Positions 30,855 to 37,319 of a stretch of DNA of 37,319 nucleotides are shown here, piece by piece. The stretch's first letter is position 1. The number at the start of each line of letters is the position of its first letter. The notes beneath the pieces are model-generated. The model searched no databases. It saw nothing but the letters and a program-made list of their open reading frames with translations, and was not told the origin of the DNA. Location: IMG/VR virus record IMGVR_UViG_3300016265_000371, positions 1 to 37,319 of that record; one strand, 5' to 3'. A program made the translations under genes and the position numbers. Source of the DNA: a virus (Duplodnaviria; Caudoviricetes).

Positions 30855-32672
30855 TCAACCCAACCTGTTAGCAAGACTCAACACACCACCCGGCGAAGTC
30901 GGCTGTTGTGCTGATGCGGCACCACCACCACCGAGCTGTGCGAGCAGACCTTCCATCCCAGCCGGAGGTGCCGCAACGGGTTGTTCTGCACCCATTCCCG
31001 GCATCGCCAAACCAGGCATCGTCTCGGGTGCGCCCGTCGGTGCAGGGGTGGCCTGCCGTTCCTGGGCGCGTTTCTGTGCAGCCATGATTGCCTCAGGCAA
31101 AGACATCTTGTTTGACTGGACTTGTTCCGCAATGAAAGCCAAATCATCAGGCTGGTACGGGCCGTTCGGATCGGCGGCTTGCGCCTGAATCGACGACAAC
31201 AGTGCCGCCTCGATACCTTCCGCAACGATACGGTCCTTTTCAAGTTCGGGGTCCGCAATCAGCGGGTCTGCCTCGCGGGCCGACTCCTTCGACATCAAAC
31301 CGGTGCCGAGACGCTGACCCAACCCGACAATCAGGCTGTTCACATCGGAACCCGACGCAGAGTACGACACATAATGGAAATCGGTTTCCCACAGTTTGTT
31401 CGGCGTGTAATCCTTCACGCCTCCCTTCATGCCAGGAATGAAAAAAGACTTGGGTTCGTTACCCCAATACGTCTTTTCCATGTGGATAGCGATCTTGTCT
31501 TCCTCGACACGGGCGGCAGCCATGATGTCCTGCGCCTCTTGGATACGGAAATCCACTGTTGCAGACAGAATGGACTCGCCACGGCGACCGGTACGGATAT
31601 TCGTACCGCTTTCACCACCGAACTCGGCGGGGATGGCACCCTCCAAACGCTCCTGCCGTTCCAACCTGTCCAACGCAGTGTCCGTTTTGTAACCCGGTTG
31701 GGACTGCAACTGCTGAATGTCGCCACCCTTGACGACACCAAGCTGACCTGTCTTGCCGTCAGCAATCTGAATGATTTCAGGGTTCTCACCGGGACGCGCA
31801 ACAAGGTACTCGTCAGGGAAAATACCGCGCTCGATAGCGATTTCGGTGAGTGCCTGAAGCCTTGCACGGGTGTAATACATGCCGAGCAGCCCGTCGAACT
31901 GGCCTTTCGGCTTGTCAAGCGTGATACGGGACGGGATGACGACCAACGGCATACCGCAACGGTTCGGGACACGCGACAACTCCACCGCAGGGCGACCCAT
32001 ATACATCGAACCGGACAGCGGATCACGGTCACGTTCATAACCAAGAACAACCAGCACCACTTCCATGTCGTCGACATACTCCAAAACAGTGAACATGTCG
32101 TCCGGGGCGGGGTCACCAACCCGCAACACACCGTTTAGGAACCCATAGTTACGCATCAACCACTGGTAGCTGCGGCTGTAAGTAAAAATCACGTTGTCGG
32201 GGACAGGGTTTGATTCGTCAACGATTGGTGCGGCGAACGTGTCAAGCGGGTTCCGCAGATGCCATTCGACCAGTCGCTTGTCAAAGTTCGGCTTCAGGAA
32301 CACCGGGGCGGATGAGTACGCAAAAAAGTTGCGGGCGCGGCGACGGTCCTTCTGTCCCATCCGGTTCTGATCCCAAATTGACAGCATGGCCCGTTTCCTG
32401 TCGCGGGCGAACTGCATTGAACGGTCCTGTCCTTCACGCAACGCAGGGAAATACGGTGACGGCTGTGTCGAGGTGACGCGCATCGCCATCTGGTCAAGTC
32501 CCTGGACGAACAGGTTCGCCACGGAGGATCGTGCGGTGCGGTCAAGTTCGGACAGTGGTACGACCACTTCACCGTTTGCAAGGCGACGTACTTCGCGCAT
32601 CTGCTGGAGAACAGGGCCGAGGGTCGTGTGCCGGTCACGGTACAGGGCAACGATTTCCTCAACTGTTTTCAT
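30855..32672 (-). CDS. Portal protein
   Basis: 605 aa after terminase, helical core with Pro/Ala/Gln-rich tail. Confidence 0.8.
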   Translation of the reverse strand: MKTVEEIVALYRDRHTTLGPVLQQMREVRRLANGEVVVPLSELDRTARSSVANLFVQGLDQMAMRVTSTQPSPYFPALREGQDRSMQFARDRKRAMLSIWDQNRMGQKDRRRARNFFAYSSAPVFLKPNFDKRLVEWHLRNPLDTFAAPIVDESNPVPDNVIFTYSRSYQWLMRNYGFLNGVLRVGDPAPDDMFTVLEYVDDMEVVLVVLGYERDRDPLSGSMYMGRPAVELSRVPNRCGMPLVVIPSRITLDKPKGQFDGLLGMYYTRARLQALTEIAIERGIFPDEYLVARPGENPEIIQIADGKTGQLGVVKGGDIQQLQSQPGYKTDTALDRLERQERLEGAIPAEFGGESGTNIRTGRRGESILSATVDFRIQEAQDIMAAARVEEDKIAIHMEKTYWGNEPKSFFIPGMKGGVKDYTPNKLWETDFHYVSYSASGSDVNSLIVGLGQRLGTGLMSKESAREADPLIADPELEKDRIVAEGIEAALLSSIQAQAADPNGPYQPDDLAFIAEQVQSNKMSLPEAIMAAQKRAQERQATPAPTGAPETMPGLAMPGMGAEQPVAAPPAGMEGLLAQLGGGGAASAQQPTSPGGVLSLANRLG

Positions 32673-32722
32673 GCAGCCTCTTTTGTCGGTCGGACCCCCA
32701 AAGATAACACAGTTGCGTGTTG

Positions 32723-33040
32723 TTACTTCTTCTTGATAGACGATGCAGGCTTCTTGGCTGCTGTCTTTTTGGCGACACTAGAACCATAAACAGGCTGATA
32801 AGTAATCTTCACGCCACCGGAACCTGCGGCACCCTTAGCTGTTCCTTTGCTGCGAAGACCCACAATGTTGCCAGTTGCCTTCGGGAAAAGCGACTTCACA
32901 TCTGATTCCTTGACGCGCTCACCCTGTCGAGGACCACTGATGATGGGGATGCGGCGTTCGGACGCACCCATCCCACTGCGACCAGCGGTATCGGTTCGCT
33001 TCGGCGGGGTCTTGCCGCCAGTCATCTTCTTCGCTGCCAT
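32723..33040 (-). CDS. Small basic protein (MAAKKM...)
   Basis: Lys-rich ends; GGAAGGA RBS and TGCTATGTT upstream. Confidence 0.7.
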   Translation of the reverse strand: MAAKKMTGGKTPPKRTDTAGRSGMGASERRIPIISGPRQGERVKESDVKSLFPKATGNIVGLRSKGTAKGAAGSGGVKITYQPVYGSSVAKKTAAKKPASSIKKK

Positions 33041-33080
33041 TTTCATCCTTCCGGTCGGAACACCCGAAACATAGCACACA

Positions 33081-35060
33081 TCACCCAGTCAACATCCACG
33101 AAGGTCGCCACTGGCGCGGGGGGCGTTTCGCCTGAGTCAAATTAGGGATGTTCAAAACCGCCATCCACAAAGCCATCACGATGTCCGTCCCGTTCTTCTT
33201 GTCGCGGGACCATTTGGTGAGTTCGTCGAGGGCGGCGAGGGTTTTCCAGTTGCCCCGCATCGACGGAAACCGCATAGCCCCCGACCTGATCACAGGCGGC
33301 AACAAAGCCTCCACCCCCAGGTTCTCATCCACCTTGTTACGGGTCGTGGTATGCGGAACCACATTCACACGATTCGCGGCCTGCCACTTACGCACAAAAT
33401 CATGTTGCAACAAAAACCGTTGCGCGGCGTTGATTTCCACCACCCAATGACTAATCGGATACCCCATATCGTATGACCGTTCCTGCCATTCGTTCATCAA
33501 CCCCGAATACTCACCGGTCATCGTGTCGTACCCCAACACTTCCTCAGCGGACAGTTTGACCCGTTCCACATCAACCACATGGTAAAGCTTCAAATCAGGC
33601 TGATAGATGATCCACACGAAAGCCCAAAACATTGTGGGGCTGGGGTCAACCGCAACGATAGAAATCCACGGGTGCGCCAACCCCTCAGGGATGTACCCTG
33701 GTTGGCGATCATTGTCGATACAGCCCGGATAGTGAACCCCATCCATACCGGTGCCACCAGTCATCCAGGTGCGGTCAATGAGGCGAGAATCCAAATCAAG
33801 GTCTTCCTGCTGGTACACCACATTGAACACATCAGGTTTTGAGTAGCGAATAAACGACAGGTCTTTCCACGGGAGCCGTTTCGGGTCCAGCAGCGGGCCG
33901 TCAGGATACGGCAAAGCGTTGAACGCCCGCGAAGCTTTCCCCGTATCCAACTCTTCGTAATACGCTTTGTAGATGATGTGGCGATACTTCTTCTGACGGA
34001 CCGGCTGCCCCTCCTGGACATCCTCAGGGGTTTCGACATCCGAGCCGTCATAGTTGATGTCGTCCTCAATGTCATACGTTTCTTTGGCGAGGCAATGCGC
34101 GTACAGGTCACCTGACCCCAACCGCTGCCCCACCACCGCCAACAAACCACCGGGATCGCAACGGGCCTCAGCCACATTGTCCCAACGCTCCAACAACTTG
34201 TCCCTAGCAACAGACTCACGAGCATTATCTGGGGAAGCCACATCGTCAAACAGGCACAGGTCGGCGCGGTGACCAATGAACTCTGCTTCGATACCGTAAG
34301 CCCTCACGGTGGGTTCCTTGTTGTCCAACCCATTGCCATCCAACTGTTCAACAACAAACTCGTCGGCTCGCCACAACGCACCCTTATCCGTCGGGCGGAA
34401 CCTGCCGTAATCCAACGCCAAACACCCCTCCGCGTTCACCGCAATCCCCTTAGCCACCATCATCGGATCAGGCTGAATCGGCTGCACACGCTCAAGTGTT
34501 TCACGAATACGACGGGAATACAACTTCGCCATATTCTGCGACACCGACCCAATCATCACACGAATACGGCGGTTACGGACAATCGCCCACACCGCAACAT
34601 CATGGAACAAGGTCGACTTACCCGCACCCGGAGGCACGTTCAACACAACAAACTCTTTTTCCTCTGACTCCAACAACTCAATCAGCTGATACGCGGCCTC
34701 AACCTGCCACGGAGACGGCACCCTCCCCAAATAGTGTCGCCTGAAGAAGTCGAAATCGTCCAACCCCCTGCGGGCCTCATCACACAACTGATCAACCGGC
34801 ACCACAGACGGCAAATCCGCAGCATCCAACGCCAACTGAAAATCATGCTGCTGACGACCCCCACTCCCTTTACCGCGATTTGCTCGATGCTCCGCCTCCT
34901 CCCGCTGGGCAGCCAACAACTTCGCTTTCTTCACCCAATTCGAACCCGTATTGTAATGAACCCCCGCCTGCCTGGAAGCATCCCTGATCGTATGCCCAGC
35001 CGTCACCAACGCAAAAAACTTTGCTTTGTCAGCAACAGAAACAGCTCGCTTAGTACCCAT
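33081..35060 (-). CDS. terL: Terminase large subunit with N-terminal HTH
   Basis: Walker A VPPGAGKST, Walker B LCLFDD, YQQ, nuclease VAVDPS and D-x2-MALW. Confidence 0.9.
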   Translation of the reverse strand: MGTKRAVSVADKAKFFALVTAGHTIRDASRQAGVHYNTGSNWVKKAKLLAAQREEAEHRANRGKGSGGRQQHDFQLALDAADLPSVVPVDQLCDEARRGLDDFDFFRRHYLGRVPSPWQVEAAYQLIELLESEEKEFVVLNVPPGAGKSTLFHDVAVWAIVRNRRIRVMIGSVSQNMAKLYSRRIRETLERVQPIQPDPMMVAKGIAVNAEGCLALDYGRFRPTDKGALWRADEFVVEQLDGNGLDNKEPTVRAYGIEAEFIGHRADLCLFDDVASPDNARESVARDKLLERWDNVAEARCDPGGLLAVVGQRLGSGDLYAHCLAKETYDIEDDINYDGSDVETPEDVQEGQPVRQKKYRHIIYKAYYEELDTGKASRAFNALPYPDGPLLDPKRLPWKDLSFIRYSKPDVFNVVYQQEDLDLDSRLIDRTWMTGGTGMDGVHYPGCIDNDRQPGYIPEGLAHPWISIVAVDPSPTMFWAFVWIIYQPDLKLYHVVDVERVKLSAEEVLGYDTMTGEYSGLMNEWQERSYDMGYPISHWVVEINAAQRFLLQHDFVRKWQAANRVNVVPHTTTRNKVDENLGVEALLPPVIRSGAMRFPSMRGNWKTLAALDELTKWSRDKKNGTDIVMALWMAVLNIPNLTQAKRPPRQWRPSWMLTG

Positions 35061-35882
35061 CTACACCCAACAGTAGCCCTCATCACAACCACCGTCATTG
35101 AACACCCCATCCAAAGTGTTGAACAAAGTTGGGCCAGCTTCACCAACCGCCTCCCTCAACGGGACACCCTTACGAGTCAAAAACACACGTTGCATCCCAC
35201 GATTATCACGCCTCTCATGCAACTTGTCCTCCAACTGGGCTGCCTTCTCAAACAACTCTGGATCATCACGCCGCAACTCAGACCACACCTGCGAAGAATG
35301 AAACGGACAAAAAAAACACGACGACTTAGGAGGAACAGGCAAACCAGCCTCCCGAATCACCTCAACACAATCATTCCGGTTCAAACCCAAATCAAGCAAC
35401 GGATAAACCCGTTCCTCCCATGCCTGCCCCTTACCTTTCCCTGCCCGTTCAATCTCATCAACCGAAATACCAATACACATCTGAATAGGCCACTCAGACT
35501 TCGGAACAACAGACTTCACATACTTCCCCAAAACCTTGATTTTATGGTCCACAGTACAAGCCCTCGACATCGGCGCACCCGACCAGCCATACACAGGGAT
35601 CGGCTCACGAAGCTTGTCCCCCTCATAATCCATCATGCGCTGCCACAAAGTCTGCGAAGACCCATCCTTCAACGTCCTCTGCAACTCCAACACCTCAAAC
35701 CCGCGTTCAGCAGCCCACGGAACCATCACCTCACGCACAAACCGATTCGTAGCAGGATGCTCCGAATCATCCCCCACATTCGAAAACAACGCGGCCTGCA
35801 CACCAGGAATCTTCCCCTGCGTCGCCAACACAATCATCGCAGTGGACTGAACACCACCACCATACGAAATGAACTTAGCCAC
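35061..35882 (-). CDS. PAPS-reductase-like (PP-loop) protein
   Basis: ISYGGGVQST, C-x4-KI, IGISVDE, YPL, KSSCFFCPF; start GTG at 35882 inferred. Confidence 0.82.
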   Translation of the reverse strand: MAKFISYGGGVQSTAMIVLATQGKIPGVQAALFSNVGDDSEHPATNRFVREVMVPWAAERGFEVLELQRTLKDGSSQTLWQRMMDYEGDKLREPIPVYGWSGAPMSRACTVDHKIKVLGKYVKSVVPKSEWPIQMCIGISVDEIERAGKGKGQAWEERVYPLLDLGLNRNDCVEVIREAGLPVPPKSSCFFCPFHSSQVWSELRRDDPELFEKAAQLEDKLHERRDNRGMQRVFLTRKGVPLREAVGEAGPTLFNTLDGVFNDGGCDEGYCWV

Positions 35883-35948
35883 GAAAACCCCTCTCAAAGT
35901 TTTACGGTTGAAACCTGACACGCACCTTACACCACCATGTACACTCAC

Positions 35949-36250
35949 CACCGCAACTTACAAAGACCGTCTCGCCGGGAGGCAGACACGGCAAGCAAGG
36001 CTGTACACCAGTTGCACGGTGCGGGGCATTTCACACTAGGAAACTAGGGTAGATGTTCCCTGCAACCAACCAGTATCCACGACCGACCCTGGCCCTGTTG
36101 CATAAGAGGAACAAGCAGCGTTCGAGTCAACGACCAAAGACTCAACCATCAAGGTGTCGGCTAAAAGCAACTAGCAACGGCCACCTCAAAGCATCAGGCT
36201 TTGGAAGCGTGGGGGAAGCGAACCCAGGATCGTCGACAAACCGGATCAAC
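35949..36250 (+). ncRNA. Candidate structured non-coding RNA
   Basis: Dense nested stems with GNRA loops on the + strand; no credible ORF. Confidence 0.5.
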
Positions 36251-36468
36251 AACCCCCATCCTCCAAGCGAGCAACTCCCGCGCCTCCGGCTTGCGCTACC
36301 GCCCCTCACTACGTTCGGGTTGGTCTGAGCTGTCCACAGCAGGCCACAACACAACCCCCAGCTGATCACACCCCAAAAGAGTGACACCGTAACTGGACAG
36401 ATATACATATTCCCGGGGGTGGGTGCCTCGGCATACCCCCCGTTGTGGCCTCGCGGGAGCGTGTGCGT

Positions 36469-36496
36469 TTCGGACATAACCGACGTTATGGGCGCA
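36469..36496 (-). other. dif-like XerC/XerD site
   Basis: TGCGCCCATAA-CGTCGG-TTATGTCCGAA, 11-6-11 layout. Confidence 0.6.
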
Positions 36497-36699
36497 TCAG
36501 TCTGACCACGGAGAGTGACCGCCGGCCACCCTGTGTGGTCGATCCTTGCGCGTGAGACACGGGGGCGGGCAGTGTCTCACTTGCGAGACGTGGGGCCGCG
36601 ATAGGTCCGCCTAACTTGTATTGTGCTTGTGTTTCCGGTTGCGGGTGTGTGTGTTGGTGCTTGCTGTGGTTGTGTGTCGGGTGTCACTTTGGTGAGTGC

Positions 36700-36728
36700 T
36701 TGACAACCGTGTCACGGTTCCGTATAGT
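36700..36728 (+). promoter_or_regulatory. Strong SigA-type early promoter with palindromic operator
   Basis: TTGACA-17 nt-TATAGT; AACCGTG-T-CACGGTT at 36705-36719. Confidence 0.85.
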
Positions 36729-36772
36729 GTGGTTATCCCGCAAGACAGCGGGCCTAACAGATAGGGGAAACA

Positions 36773-36940
36773 ATGAATCAGGCAGAGTATGAAAGGCTCT
36801 ACCGCGAGAAGTGGGGCCACCCGTCATGGGAAGAGTTCTCCCGTGACGCTTTCGCCCGCGGGGTGAGTCACCGTGACGCTCTCGCACAGTACGCACGGCT
36901 CTCCCGTGAGTCTCTCACGGCGCAAGGGTTGGTTGACTGA
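36773..36940 (+). CDS. Small early protein (55 aa)
   Basis: Read manually: MNQAEYERLYREKWGHP...; RBS AGGGGAAACA. Confidence 0.65.
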   Translation: MNQAEYERLYREKWGHPSWEEFSRDAFARGVSHRDALAQYARLSRESLTAQGLVD

Positions 36941-37034
36941 CCTACTGGTCACGGGTTGGGGCAAGGCCCGTGGCGGGAGCGACACCCGCCCAACCCACTA
37001 CCGCACTGGCGGTACAACCTAGAAAGGGGAAACA

Positions 37035-37289
37035 GTGAGAGAGACAACTACGGCGGCGGACATGGCCCCGCCGCACGGCATACCGCGCCCGCAATGGGCG
37101 GTGCGGTTCTTCGATGAGGACGGCACCAAGTACGCGGGGTTTCGGTTCCCCGATCTTGGGGCAGCGCAAGAGTGCGCCACGTTCTATTTGGGGACTGAGA
37201 CACGGCGGGGAACGGTTCTCTGTCTGGCGCGGTTTTTCGTGGCGGACGGGGACGGTTGGGTAGCTACCGGGGAGGAAATGGAATACTGA
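37035..37289 (+). CDS. Small early protein
   Basis: Same RBS AGGGGAAACA before GTG. Confidence 0.65.
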   Translation: MRETTTAADMAPPHGIPRPQWAVRFFDEDGTKYAGFRFPDLGAAQECATFYLGTETRRGTVLCLARFFVADGDGWVATGEEMEY

Positions 37290-37319
37290 CACGGCAGCGC
37301 GGCGGGACAGGCCCGCTAG

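Noticed and set aside
27671-35918. Long plus-strand ORFs (27671-28774, 31122-32138, 34734-35918)
   Set aside because: Antisense to clear genes, no motifs; expected in high-GC coding DNA
36019-36350. Group II intron (GTGCG at 36019)
   Set aside because: No recognisable domain V, no RT gene and no interrupted host gene
36053-36477. ORFs 36053-36328 (+) and 36142-36477 (-)
   Set aside because: No RBS or protein-like features; the region is better explained by RNA or DNA structure

Overview
This window looks like a complete or near-complete ~37.3 kb genome of a tailed dsDNA phage of an actinobacterial host (WhiB, Rpf-type transglycosylase, actinobacterial SSB). Its architecture is podovirus-like: no tape measure, large internal virion proteins, adaptor and nozzle genes. 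Almost all genes run on the minus strand from ~35.9 kb down to 0.55 kb, in this order: PAPS-reductase-like gene, terminase, portal, internal proteins, scaffold, capsid, two glycosyltransferases around a collagen-like fibre, tail genes, a mucin-like membrane protein, lysis genes, exonuclease/SSAP, resolvase, Rpf, HNH, SSB, C5 methyltransferase, WhiB. A few small plus-strand genes lie at both ends. I recognised no polymerase, primase, helicase, initiator or integrase. The most interesting signals are: (1) a non-coding control region at 35.95-36.77 kb holding a highly structured candidate ncRNA, a strand-skew switch, a dif-like Xer site and a near-consensus promoter with an operator palindrome; (2) a C5 methyltransferase locus that uses all three frames, with an EcoHK31I-like beta ORF, an out-of-frame repeat module with an in-frame TGA, and a G9 tract; (3) a probable virion or surface glycosylation set; (4) six small Lys-rich genes, two of them flanked by duplicated regulatory elements. 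All calls come from motif recognition by eye; no database search was run.
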